Source: Cycas panzhihuaensis
Lineage: Eukaryota > Plantae > Cycadophyta
Direction: 5' to 3'
DNA: 64,000 bases
NCBI GenBank assembly: GCA_023213395.1
Contig: CM041465.1
Coordinates: forward strand, 131,137,741-131,201,740
Part shown: positions 49,570 through 63,600 of the stretch, in pieces
Position numbering within the stretch: the stretch's first letter is position 1
How the letters are laid out: each line of letters opens with the position of its first letter
Notes under the pieces: generated by a model
What the model was told of the DNA's origin: nothing
Seen by the model: the letters and a program-made list of their open reading frames with translations, nothing else
Databases searched by the model: none
Program-made: the position numbers and the translations under genes

Positions 49570-51300
49570 ATTAGAGGTAGAATGCTCATCTACCGAAAGG
49601 CATGTCTATATCAATTTATTTCGAGAATTTTATAAGGATTTTACTTAGTCGTATGATGACATGCTTAGAACATATTCAAATATTGTCACTTGTCTTAACA
49701 TTATACTTGTCGAATAGAAGCATAACCTTATTAAGTCCCAACTATCTGAATTGACCAAGAATGGTAAAAGAAAATTTAAAGGCTAAATTTATTTATCTTG
49801 TCAGTTACCCATAATAGGTTTGAATATTGTTCTTGTTATGAAGAAAAATAGGTCCATTCATGTATATATCGATTTTGGATGACTCAATTAGACTACATAA
49901 AAGACAATTTTCTATTTCCATTTATTGAAACAATCGTGGGTTTAATTGTTGAATTTGAGGTCATGTCATTAATGAATAGCTTTCTTTATTACAATCAAAT
50001 CCATTTAGCCAAATGTGATTATATTAAAAGATCCTTTACTACCACCTAGGACACTTATGCTTACAGATTCATACCCTTTAGACTTATCAATGCAAATGCA
50101 AATTACTAATTAGTAATGACAATTAAATTTCATGATTTGGTTTCTTAAAATTTAGTCCATGCTTACATTGATGTATTAAATGATCACTCATTAAAGCACG
50201 TTGATCACATTTAAGACCTGAGGTTAATATTCAAAATATACATTAAATATTTGATCTACCTTAAACCCACATAAATGCATCTTTATTGTAATAGTTAAAA
50301 ATTTGTTAAGGATCATTATTACTACCGTATGCATTAGCACTGATCTTGACAGAATTAAAACAATGTAGAAATGCTTGTACCCACTACTATTACCTAAGTA
50401 AAATATTTTTTTATGGAAAATTGGTTATCAGTGAAAGTTTATTACTGACTTGACTTTTAAAGCTTAACACATGAACATATTATTTCATGAAAGTGTCCTA
50501 TTCATTTAAGATTTTAATTTTAAGAAATGTTTGAATCACTTAAAGAGGAATTATTTAATACCCCCAAACTTGCACCTTTTAATTTCAAAAAGGACTTCAT
50601 TCTATATTGTTTTCTCTTCCACTTCTATTTCAACTATGTTAATGTAGCTTGATAATTCACGAAAAGAACATACGATCTATTATATCAGCAAATTCCTTAT
50701 TGATCTAGAATTGAAATATCCTAAGATTAAGCAACAATGTCTCATGATTATTTATGAAATCATAAAACTATGACATTACTTATTATTTGCCTACACCAAG
50801 GGGATAGTGGGTTCCAACCCCCTTAAATACCTACTTACTAAAGCAGATATATTTGGTTGAGCTAGTAGATAGGTTATGCTTTTGTAGGAGTTTGACTTCA
50901 AATTTTGTTTTACAAATATAAAAAGGAGATGGTTATAGTTGAACATATCATTGACATGCCTATTCTAAAAAAAATGTTATCTGTACTTTAAATGATTCTT
51001 TCCTAAATGAATGCAAACTCTTACTTGATATAGATTATGCATGGTGTTGTAATGCCATCACCTACTTACGAAAGCGATTATGTAAATTTGAATTATCTAA
51101 AGAAGAGAAATGACATTTTTGATAATCTGCTTTATGATATATCATACCTAATGGTAAGTTAAACTACTATTCACGCAATGTTATTTTTCTCAGATATGCT
51201 CCTAAGAATGAATCTAAACAACTTTTGATAGATTACCACTCTAGCGCTTGTTATGGTTAACATAACGAGATTTTATTATTTTAAAAAATATATTAAGTTA
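49570..51300 (+). pseudogene. pol: Element O pol remnant: RT, RNase H, start of integrase (Tat-like), 3'-truncated
   Basis: VMSLMNSFSYYNQI, YAYRFIPFRLINA, AYIDVL; IYYISKFLIDLELKYP, LKYLLTK, VMLL*EFD; DYHSSACYG*H. Very degenerate; same strand and expected order after the protease at 1-455. Confidence 0.85.
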
Positions 51301-52039
51301 GCTCCACAAAAAATTATTTATGTTGGATATAAGAGGCTATTTTAACCAAAGCTAATAATTTTATTTTTCTTTTGGCAACAAAATAAGTCTAAACATTCAA
51401 CACTTTGATCCCTTATGTCTACTATCCATCCATTACTCATCTATTTCTAATCTTTTAATCTAATATATCATTGTTAAATGTCTAACATTGTTTGTTGGTT
51501 TATTATTATTTAATTGATCTCATTCAGTAAACTCATTTCATTAGTATCATAACAAAGTTTGTTCCTCTATTGATTGAAATCATGACTCGTTTTGTATGTC
51601 CCTCAAATTTAAGATGAAAACATTTACTGTGATATGGTATGTCGAAATGTGGACAAGTAGGTGAATTAAGACATTCAAACCTTGGAATATAACTTGAATG
51701 TTTGCCAACACATATTACTGGTTTGAAACTTAGCAGAAGTAAGAGGACATGGCGTCACCTTGTATTTAATTTTCCATCCTTTTGGGGCCTTCATCCACGA
51801 GGCAACAGATTTGAACAAAGTGCAAGTAGCACCATTCACACGTGAGGAGAACGTTGGATAGAGCAGGCTGGCAGTGAAAGGCTTGCATCCACCTCGCAGA
51901 CCGTGGCGAACTTATACGTTGACATACCAGAAATGCCACCTCCTTAGCGTATAATTATTTGCAGAGCATATGATTATGGCAAAGCATATGATCATTTCCA
52001 AGCCATTGCCCCTTTAGAATCTTTAATTTGCATATGAGA

Positions 52040-52640
52040 AGTGTTGCTAAGTCAAATCCCCAAATCTTGGAGTGACAATCAACGAAGGGAATAAACAGTT
52101 TCGCCATTGTTTGAAGATTTTATGGATGGCTTTCACTGCAACGTTGTTGGTATGGCCACGATCGATGACAAAGAAGGAATCCAGTGGCGAAATATAGATA
52201 TTCATGGATATGGGCCGAGAAGATACATAACCCTCGAAGTAGAGAGGACCAACAGTAATTCAAATGTTATGATCGTCGCTCTTTATATGATGATGATCTC
52301 GCCAGTTATGTAAAGGAGCGAACTCTGGCAACTGCACTTGCCACGAATTCTCATAACTTCCTCTCGCTGAATCCTCCAATACGAGCTGTCTCACACGTAA
52401 CACAAGCTTTGCAGGCCTGGTATCCTTCTTTCCTCCACGACGCTCTTCAGTTTCATGCTTGGTAAATGAGGTTTTTCTCATATGGACACAAATAATGGTA
52501 TACAAACGATTGTCGTAGCTCTTCAACATCAATGGGAAATTGAATCATAGGGTAGACAGCTCCATTTTCATGGCAACTTGCAAATTTTGTGAACTCATCC
52601 ATAACTAGTGTTGCACCTTCATAGACTACCATATGCATAT
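52040..52640 (-). pseudogene. Gene-like fragment, possibly the C-terminal region of an F-box protein; partial paralog at 56270-56530
   Basis: CpG-retaining segment reading LVMDEF...MIQFPIDVEE...YLCPYEKNLI / KLVLRVRQLVLED...SWQVQL...ITVGPLYF...IYI..DSFFVID with one frameshift and one stop. The family guess is pattern-level only. Confidence 0.3.
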
Positions 52641-55184
52641 TATGGATAGTACAGATTTGGACAACTACAACTCTGTGGACAAAAATAATATTTTAACAGA
52701 CCATAGTAACACTCTACAATATTTTATAGTAGATTGCATACATTTACACAGTAATACTTTACTATATTTTATACTAGATTGTATACATTTATAGTAGAAT
52801 CTCCTCACAAAATATTATTCAGTAGATAAGGATACTTACAGCAAATAATATCCACAACACTCAACATGACACACATATAAATCATTCCAAAGTACATTAA
52901 TAACAATTGTAATGGAGCGATATAATGAGTAATAATAATAGAATAACATAACCTTATACAATTGCCCAATAGTAATGAACCCTCTTCAAGGTAAGAGTAA
53001 CCCCTTTGCAGGCCTAAGGCCTTAATGGTACAAAACTATTATCCCATAAGATAATAAAATTCTCCAAGATTATTTTACAAATGCATACGACTTCTCTATT
53101 TAAAATCTTTAAAATCTAACTCATAATTTTCCTCCAAAACACTAACTTCATAATAAAATATAATAAATAATTTTTTTTTAGTCCTAAAAAATTGACTTCA
53201 TAATAATAATTTCTTCTATAAAAATTAACTTCCTCTTTATTTTGGGAATGCTACAATTCCCCTCTTCTTAAAATAATACTTCACTCTTGAAATATTAGGG
53301 ATTGTTGGTCCACTCTTGATGAGTTCTTTTAGCTACCTTCTACTAAGTCTTATATCTCATAAAAATCAAATCTAATCTTGTGACTTATGTTGACTCTTAT
53401 AACTAAGTGTCTTGAATTTATTAATTCATGTTCTTGGGAGCAGGTACTTATTGTTTGTGAACCCATATTAGGGTGATCCAAGGACATGCAGGATGCCCTA
53501 GATGCATTGTGTTGACCTTGCTTTATGTTTACATATTTTGTCCTCAGGTGGAATGGATTGTGGAGGGAGAGGTGAGTAAAAAGTGAGAACTTTGGTGGAT
53601 ATTTTGGGAAAAGAATTAATCATAAAAATCTTAAATGATAATTGCTTATAATAAAATGAAAGAGAAGAAGTGGAATTTCGAGTAGTGACAAGCCATAGCT
53701 TTGAATGCATAGGAAGAAAGAATGGGGTTTCAAATTTGCCTTGAATGGATATGAGAATTTATGTAGATTTTGTTGGACCACAAGAATCCTTTAGGAGAAA
53801 AGATGGATGAGGGATTAGCGATAGATGTTCTTTATGAAAAAAATGATTTTAATAGGGTTTTAGTACAATATTGGTAGTACGACAATGAAGAGGATTAAGA
53901 AGGATGAGATGGGGTTTATAGGGAGTAATCATTGTACTAAGTGATAAAACTTAGTGAAGTTTTAGAATATCCCATTGAGGATGATCTATAGGGGGTGAAG
54001 AAATACATAAGTAAAGAGTTAAGCTAGGATTATAAAGGGGAATTAGGACTTCTCCTATAAACAAACTAAAGTTAAAGGGTTTGGAGTTTGACTAGCTATG
54101 GGATTTAGAACAGAGAGTTTCTCTATAGCTATTCAGTGTGGAAAAGAGAGAGGCCAGATGAAATTGCCAATTGAGATATGTATGTGCAAAATAGGATTAA
54201 GAACCATGTCGAGTATCTTGCAAGTTTTACTTGGTTATATAGGTTCTTCCTCCGACTTTTTTATATCCATTTAATCCTTCCTTGATTGTTTGTTAATGGC
54301 TTCGCAATGCTTCAACATAGATTGTTTATCATAGTGCTATGCTTCTACGAGTGCCTTGTCAGTGTTAGACTCTTCTTCAAGATGTTCTATTTTTTATCCT
54401 TCTACATTATGTCTTCAACCTGGCTATGTTGTAGCTCTTGTATTGATTTTTCTTGATGCTTTTGTGATATTTCCTAGATCTCTTTGATATGGTCGATTCT
54501 TCCTCTTTTATTGCCCTTTCATTTGGTTGCTTTGATTCTCTAGTAGCTTTGTCACAATTCGATTGGGTAGATGCTATGCAAAAAAATATCTTAAACTAAA
54601 CCCAATTATTGAGAAATTTTAAATATTATTTAAACCAATCTTCATACCATTTATGAGCTTCAACCCCTAAATGATACTGAATACTCAATCCATAATCCTT
54701 AAATTTTGCATTTGGTAAAGTTCCCCAATATAACTTGATATGTTGAACCCAATTTGTAGCTATTATGCCTTCTACTAGGGTGAATGGCTTAATATCTTAA
54801 ATTTTGTGTTAAGTGTAAGTATTGTTGTAGTTGCTTTAATGACTCTACTACCTCTACCAACGTATTTTCTTCTAACTAAATCATCTTTATTCCCTTTTTA
54901 ACTAAAAGCTACTACTTTAAGGATAAAAATCTTTACCATGCATCGATTTAAACTATCACATATGACCACTTGAAATGATCATCTCTAAACTAGGATTCCA
55001 ATAGTTTAGACAACGCTATAATTTAGTACATATGGCTTCAGTTATGGATAAAGACATCCAAGTACCCCTTTTGAAAATAATAAAAAAAAATAAAATAACA
55101 TAGGGATTTTGAGCCCCTTTCCTTTTACACTTCACCTTTAGTAATATTAAATAGTCACATGACCTTAAGAGGGGGGGGTAAACT

Positions 55185-55998
55185 CTTTTTTTTTCGATAT
55201 GGTTTAAATAAATGAGGGCATTTAAAGGGGACCCTAACCCCTATATAAAATCTACCAAATCAGCTCCAGAAATTTGTTGTGACAAGCCCACAGCTTAGCT
55301 AAGAAAATAACCTCTTCTACAGAAATATCCCCCCGCCACGACAAGCCCTGTGGCTAGCTAAGAGATCTACGAGCCCTGACAAACATTGCCCACCCTGAGC
55401 CGCCACACATACTTGTACCTTCCAAATCCTTCCTGAACACACCCATAATTTCCTCAGAGAAATCGTCCCTCCACACTTTAATTCTTCTTAATTGTACCCC
55501 ATAGTTTGCCAGCTTATCAGTAGCCTTATTCCCTTCCCTATAGATATGATTCATCTGAACACACTCTCTATCTTGAAGGAGCTCCCTTGCATCATTAATC
55601 ATAGCCCTAAACTTCCATTCTGGCTATGCTTCACCTCTAATCAATCTTATCGCATTTAGGGAGTCCCCTTCCACAATAACCCTCCAGATCCCCTCTTGGG
55701 ATATCATGTCCATTACTTTATACATCGCTTTAACCTCAGCTTGATGGTTTGTTTGGGTATTATAGTACTTCGCAAAGGCCCATAGGACTTTGCCCTCCTT
55801 GTCTCTACAAAGCCCATTACCCCCAGCCTCTCCTAGATTGCCTTTCGGAGCTCCATAAAAGTGTACTTTAAGCCAATTCTCCAAGGGGTGGCAGTGCTAA
55901 TAAACTTGTCTCTTTGCTTCCACCTTAGGGTTTTGAGCCAAAATGTCCCAGTTTGTCAGAATCCTCCTTTCCTCCCAGGGGATGTAGCTATCCTCATA
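55185..55998 (-). mobile_element. 5'-truncated L1-type LINE: 3' end with RNase H-like domain and poly(A)
   Basis: WLKVHFYGAPKGNLGEAGG..CRD..G, TNHQAE, VIVEGDSL, HIYREGNKATDKLAN; T9 tract at 55186-55194; TSD GGG(G/A)GGGTAAACT at 55172-55184 and 55999-56011. Confidence 0.9.
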
Positions 55999-56769
55999 GG
56001 GAGGGTAAACTTCAACTAGATATTAGATCTAGTTAAATTAAATCAATCTTACAAAAATAGAAATTATCCTAGGTAACTTTTTAGCACTAGGCAATTTATG
56101 AACTCCTACAACGATGTATCAAATTTGTCTCTTTCACTATAATCAAGCTAGAATATTGAGTTATTAATCATTGACGTCTAGGAGATATCTTGAAGATAAA
56201 TTACTTTTCATTCACCTATTACCTCTTTCCTTGTGATAAAAGGTCTCGCCTCATCTGTCGTGTGATATAAATCACTACTATTCAAAGGTTTTACTGATGG
56301 CTATCACTGCAACATAGTTGGCACGATGACGATCTACGACAAAGAAGGAATCCTTCTTTATGTTGTGTCTTAGGGACAAAATACAGTAGAGAGCACTAAT
56401 AGTAATTCAAAGGTTATGATTGTTGCTCTTTATATGATGATGAACTTGCCAGTCATGTGAAGGAGCGAACTCCAACAATCATGCCTGCTACGAATTCTAA
56501 CAACTCGCTCTCATCAAATCCTCTAATGTAAGTTGGCTTATAAATAACACTTAATAACTGTGCAAATGCATTAATTCACCTAATGTGATATTTTCACATG
56601 CATTTCTCATAAACAAATTCTTATGATTATCTCTTAAGACAACAAAAATCATTATTTTCTATTATTTAAAAAAAAAGGTTTTCCAAGCAAAAAAATATCC
56701 CTTGAAAGCTTTAAAAAATGAACCCATCAAAGGTCTTTTCACTATTATTCTAATTGCAAAATATCTATG

Positions 56770-57445
56770 TCAAAGAGAGATTGCAGGTCCATCCATATGC
56801 ATGTTATAGAGAAGTAATGAAGAGAGTATAAAATATTTATTTATAAAATGTTCATTCACTTTGGGAGTGTAGAGTCAAGTTTAGAGGCTTTTGAAATGCT
56901 TATGCCATTACCTCGAAGAGAATTAATGCTTACTATATCTTGATGCAACATGGGTTGGCAAGTTCCCCTATCAACTTAATGGTAAATTGATTATGCAGCA
57001 AATATGGATTCTCTTATCTCATATAGTTTATTGGTACATATGATTAGTATGAAATAAATTTGTCTTTCAAGGGAAGCTCCAGTCTACTTTAACTTGTTAG
57101 TATCACATTAAAGGGCAATTGAGGCTTTTAGCCAAAGCCCATGAACTAGTTGTTCAAATAATTAAGCCCCTTTCTAATGGAGAAGTTAATATGTACTTAG
57201 TGATCATAAGGTTGAGTATAAGCCAGTATGGGAGAAAATTTATCATTATCTTTTCCTTTGATGGTTCTTTAAAACATAATTTGGGATAAGTTAGAGTTGG
57301 AGATTTTATTAAAGACCCCAACAAGAAGGTCATTAAAGAGTTTGTCAAGGGGCTTTGGCCTATCTCTAATACCGCAATCAAATTTCTAGCATTAAGTAAA
57401 TGCTTAGCTTTAGTTAGGAAAGATAAAATGTTGGACCATTTAGAT
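56770..57445 (+). mobile_element. Older LINE remnant (zf-RVT and RNase H-like domains)
   Basis: GPSICML..SNEESIKYLFIKCSFT (zf-RVT) and FSFDGSLKHNLG*VRVGDFIKDPN...GLWPISNTAIKFLAL (RNase H-like). Confidence 0.7.
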
Positions 57446-58716
57446 TGAGCTTATGTATTTGTATAGTTGTCTATTACGAGCCAAATCCTGTAACCACAAT
57501 AATAAGAGAGCAAAAAGGGGGAAGATTACCAAGAAACAGAAAGATCATCAAAAAGAGAACCAAAAGGGGTACCAAAGTGAACCCAGTGAGTTAATATTCA
57601 TAAACATATCAAGATACCTTACATAGGATGGGGGTGCCATATTTATAAGAGGGCTACCCTATTATTATATTATCATATCACTAAGCTATCTAATCCCACC
57701 TTTTCCCTATTATTAAATATTCTTAACTTATTTTCCTTAACCACATTACATGTGGTATGGGCTCATCACATGGCCTCTCACCTTAGATGCTTTGCCCTCA
57801 AAGCATCCCAATATAAAAATATAAGTGTCCACCACATGTCACTACTAGTATGTCCTAGGTAGTGGTTTGATGAAGGTGACGACAAGGAGATACTATTGTT
57901 CCAGATTTTATTGTTAAGGAAAGATGCACAAGTCCCTATAAATGATGATATGGTCTAAAAGATAATGACTCCTTTGTGTGACTATAAGAACCAAAGAAAT
58001 GTAGGCCTATGGCATAGTAATATAGAAATCTACAAAAATGAGAACCCAAATACTCCTACAACCTGAATGATGATAACTTGTTTGAAGTAAACTTAGGTTG
58101 CTTAGTGATGCTTCTTATTTCATGTTATATGGGGCAGAAATCATGGTCCTCCACTTCCTCTTTAGCTACATGGTCCTCTACATGCTCATCTAAAATTTCC
58201 TTAATACTTGAGAGTTCATCAAGTTTAAGTTCCACAACTTATTCTTTCAAAAATTCATCCTGGAATAGATTATTTTCTCCCAACTTAATAGATTCCTGGT
58301 TAACCACTCTATCATGTGGTGAAGGGGCTTGAATCCATCCTGTCAAAATGTCAAGCATGTTTAACAAGTTGAACTACCTTTCTTCCTCATCATGTACCCT
58401 CCTTTCTTCTTCATCTCACTTAGCTTATTCTTACATAAGATGATATGGACATAGTTCTTGAATCTCTATGCAAAGGTTAGAAATGAAGAGATCCCAAGTT
58501 TTAGGAATACCATATATTATATATGCATTATGTTACCATCATTGTGCCCAGAGATTGAGTTTTCCTTACAAATGGTGAACAATTATAACAATTTTTTTCA
58601 TCCTCTTATAGGTTGACACATTCAAAGTATGTTTGCAAAGTGGTAAGCCAATTATGAAAAGTAATTTAATCATCCTCTCAATATTAAAGTATAAGAATAT
58701 GATCATGATTTTTTTT

Positions 58717-58738
58717 AGAGAGAGAGAGAGAGAGAGAG
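58717..58738. repeat. (AG)11 microsatellite
   Basis: Read directly from the sequence. Confidence 0.95.
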
Positions 58739-59161
58739 TCTATATATGGTTAACCCCCTTAATGTTATGGCCTCAAAAGTGAAAGAATGTAAGCCAAAGT
58801 CTAAATGACCGAAAAACTATAAAAATTACATTAAAAAATGACATATAATTATAAGACTTGACTTTAAATATTAACATCTATAACAAGAAAAATCAAAAAT
58901 ATCCCATATCATAGTCCAAATTGAAGCTCTTAAAAAAAAGAATCCAACAAATTTGATGTTTTGAAAAACAACCCCTGATAATAAAGATATAGCAAAAAAA
59001 ACATAAATACCTTAAAAAATGATCTAAAATTAAATTGAGACTTTTAACACCCTTCCCCTTCAAGTCTAAGTCACTTGATAATTACATGTGACCCGCTACT
59101 TGTTTAAAAGTGCTCCTGGATCTTTAAAAAAAAGTAATATAATTAAATATTTTTAAAACTT

Positions 59162-59588
<427 letters not shown>

Positions 59589-59678
59589 TCTAAACTTGAA
59601 TGATCTGGCGACTCAATCAGCATTGTCATTACTCTCGAGAGAGCTTAAATATAGCTACATGTAATGATAATTATTAGG

Positions 59679-59981
59679 CAAGCCTCATGGGGCTGGGTGG
59701 ATTGGTAAGTTGTGGCAATTACTAAGGGTGATACCCAGATTCAAAACCCATGAGTGCAAATCACTTTACAGGGAAGTAGGATGATCGGCATCCGCTACTA
59801 TAAAGATAGTAGTCTGACCAAAGTTCGTTGAGTATGCGCTAGTTGTACGATGGCGGTATGAACTACAAGTGTGGCCAATAGAAAGGCAGTATAAAAACCT
59901 GGACCCTAGGGATCCCCCTTCCTTCAGATTATTGTACTAAGGTGTGGCTAAAGGTTCTCCTCTAGATATAAAAAAAGAAGA
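59679..59981 (+). mobile_element. tRNA-derived SINE inserted in H
   Basis: Box A-like TGGGGCTGGGTGG (59688-59700), box B-like AGATTCAAAACCC (59737-59749), A-rich tail, and a 16-bp TSD AATGATAATTATTAGG / AATGATGATTGTTGGG differing by three A/G transitions. Confidence 0.7.
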
Positions 59982-60592
59982 AATGATGATTGTTGGGTGT
60001 AGTCAAATCATAAATCTTGGAGGTTCACTATATATGTAGACAGTGAGGAATACGTAGCAGATTAAGCCTCTATGATCTTTTCGAGTTATCTTTCATGGGC
60101 ATCAGCCTCTCACTCCTCCATTTATTTCTCGACTTAAAGGACTTTGGCAGACGCAAGGCTTTGTGGCTTTTGTTGGGTGTCGATGGTAGCTCCCCTAATC
60201 TTTGGCATGTGGACACATAACAGGCACATGAACGTAGAGCAGCCAAGCAGACTATCATGCAGTAGGACCACAATAAATAATCATGTATAGTAGTAAACTC
60301 TTTATGACTACATAATGACTTGGGACATTACTCCAGACATTAACAGTTCTCAGAGCTTACTCATCTCCATATAGGTGGACTCCCATAACAGTGATAGATA
60401 ATAATGAGCCACATAGGGTAGAACTATGCAAAGTGGCATAGTGGCATAAGATGAAAGTCATCTTGAGGAGCCAGAGAGTGGTAGTGTGTCTGCAAGTATG
60501 GGAAAATATAATAAATTCTACCCAAGAATAGGGTTTCAAGGCCACGAACGAACATAAAAAGACAAATTAGAGGCTTAACCAAGGAAGCTACA

Positions 60593-60688
60593 ATAATGAG
60601 AACTTGATAGTTTTTAAACCCTAACCAAAAAAGCTTCAAAATTTCCCAATAATAATGAGAACTTAATAGTTTTCAAACCCTAACCAAA
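60593..60688. repeat. Two-copy direct repeat (59-bp period) in the H leader
   Basis: AATAATGAGAACTT(G/A)ATAGTTTT(T/C)AAACCCTAACCAAA occurs twice. Confidence 0.75.
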
Positions 60689-63600
60689 CCCTCTCACAAA
60701 TAGTATGGTGACTAATGCTAAAAATGAAAGAATCGCCCACTCCTAAGGGTTCTTATATAAACCTTGCTAATTGGAGGTTTGATTCTATAGTGAACCTTCA
60801 ACAAATAAGCTTGCTAGTCTTCCAATAAGATTATATCTTCAACACTTGCAATAAATGAGGAGGAAGGAAAATTTACCCTTACCCTAGCTCTGATACCACT
60901 TGTTACAAGCTAAACCCTATAACCACAACAAGAGAGTAAAAAATGGAAGATTGCAGAGAGATAGAAAGATCATCAAAATGAGAACAAAAAGAGACACTAA
61001 ACCCAATAAATAAATATTCATAAACATATCAAGATACCTTACATAGGATGGAGGTGTTATATTTATAAGAGGGCCACCCTATTATTATATTATCCTACCT
61101 CTAAGTTATCTAATCCCACATTTTCATTATTATTAAATACTCTTATCTTCTTTAAACATATTACATATGGTATAGGCTCATTACATTATCCCTTTGCCTA
61201 CATTGTAATGACACTAGCAATAATCTCAACCTATATCTACCAGTACAGTTGTTCCTTCATATGTAGTCATTCAATATTGATGATATTTTTGTCTAACGTC
61301 TATTTGGTGGCTGACAATATTAGTAGTATTATGATTTGTTTAATCAACTAACATTCGGTGATTGTACTTGTGATAGTGGGATTGATTGACGTTCAATTGA
61401 TAGATCAATCGATCCTAATATTATCATGGAACAACCCACACCTAGATTGGCAAATCGATCGATCCTAATAATATTAGAAAAAAGGTGGGTAGGCTGGACA
61501 ACTAAGGTCAAAAGTAATTTGTAGTACAATACGTTTTATCCAAGTGAATTAGGCTTGGGTTGAATTTGGACCCTCTATATTATTCGGCATATGGAGGCTA
61601 GTTAGATGAGCATCTCTAATATGGATGGTAGCTTTATTTGGATGTTTTTGAGTCTATTAAATGTAAGGTAAAGATCAACTAACTTTGCTTATGCTTAGCG
61701 TTGCAGGGCAGCTAGTAGTTTTCCTCCTTGTGTCCCTTAAGAGAGAGGATGATACACTTGAAGAAGAGGTTGTCGATGAGCATAGGGATACTCTGTGTGG
61801 ACTCTGCAAAGGAATTTATACCTCTAATGAGTTTTAGTTATGTTTTGTTAAGTGTGGAAATGGTTTCATGATAAATCTATAAAGATTAATCTAAATAGGC
61901 CTAAGAGAATTAAATTGTACAAATGTAGATTATTCTAGACATGCCTAAGCATATTATAAGTAGTATAAATGTTTATCTTACACTAACAAAGGGCCTAGAC
62001 TTGAAGATGATCATTGTGATAGCAAACATTCAAGTCTCTATAGCTATAAAAAAGATTGAAATGGAGTCATAGATGTTGGAGCAAGGTTTAAGACATTTGA
62101 GGTTGTTACATTACAGTGACTAATGCAAGTATGGAATGGTTACATGTCACAATTATTTAAAGGAATCGATGACTCATATTTTTTATTAATCATTTCCTTG
62201 AATAAACAAAGATTCCATAAAGACAAAAACTTATCTAAGATATTGTTTCTTAGATTACATTGTAGAAGTGCCCATAATTGATGAGAAATTGCCTATGATA
62301 AATTCAATTTATGTATAATAGCATGCAAAATTATTACAAGTTAATCATTGTTATTTAGCAATATCTCCAGAAGAGTCTCTAGAACTAGACTCTCAAGATA
62401 TTTCCACCATGCAGAAGTCAAGAGCCATGGCGTATATGCTCAAAATAAATTTCATTTTTTAAAAAGACTCTCTATTTGAGAGATCCTATGATCTCATGTT
62501 TCTTATCACATTCATTAAAATGTGGTGACAACTTGACATCTAGATCTCCTTGCTTGGATAATATGGTATTTCATAGCATTTGTGATGGTATGTGTATTTT
62601 CAATCTACCCACTAGCTTTTTTAGTAGCCTCTAAAGCAAGCAAGACCAAGTGCAAGTCATGGGTAATTTTGGCAAAATAGTTACCTCTCTCCTATGGCAT
62701 CGCATGTTAAAGGGTTAACCCTACTTTATGAAGATTTTTACCATGTGTATTAACTTAAACCTTTAAAAAAGTACTAGAAATCAAAAACCAATATATCCTT
62801 CCAGTCACTCATTTTGAAGGCATCAAAGCAAGCTTCTCAATAAATTAGATAAAATATAAATCTAGGTTCATATGTGAAGGTTATGATAGAAGCACTGACG
62901 GTTAGAAAACTTTACCTAAGAGTATTAATTAGGTGTTTAGCCCTTTTCATTTTAACTTTAGGTCTCACTACTTTCACCATATGACCACCTACTAATAAAA
63001 TGGTGGATTTGATGGATTTCAAAATTCATTCAAATATAGTTTAATTTCTTATAACCTTTATGATAAATAAAAAATTTTAATGCAATTAAGAATTAAAACC
63101 CTTAATTATTAAGAAAAATAAATATAAATACTATAAAATTATCATTTTCAAATATAGGACTACATAAGGTTATATAAAGGTATGGTAAATGGGTGTGCTA
63201 AATGTAATTATTCAATTTGTAGAGCAAATGATAGCAATAAAATCATATGCAGAAACTCATAAGTTGTGGGAAGCACTAGATAAGGAGAAACAACACCAAA
63301 AATGCCAGCAACAAAAGGTAAAAATGCTAATTGCCTATAAGGGTTTACACCCAAATTTTATTATATATTTGTAAAAGGCTTGGGCAATATCAACACTACA
63401 CCCAACCCAAAAATAAAACTATTATTCCAATTTGTCATCCCTCTTTTGCTATCTTTCTGTTACCCCTAGGATATTGAACTACAAAAGATTGAACAAGTTA
63501 CAATAGATCTCTTGTGCTACCCATGAGGGTCCTGCCTTCTTTGTGGGCTATTTAGTTGGCTTCTTTGAGGTTATTGCTATTATAAAATTAATTTCTGATT

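Noticed and set aside
52670-55100. Possible further LTR element on - (TGTAGCA start at 53255 next to a GAAGAGGGGAAT tract; charged ORF remnants near 54230-54540)
   Set aside because: No second LTR, clear PBS or TSD was found, so boundaries cannot be supported.
55354-55884. RNase H-like ORFs as a host gene
   Set aside because: An internal stop, a poly(A) tail and a TSD identify them as the 3' end of a truncated LINE.
63189-63374. 61-aa ORF MGVLNVIIQ...
   Set aside because: Short, with no recognisable motif or splice context.
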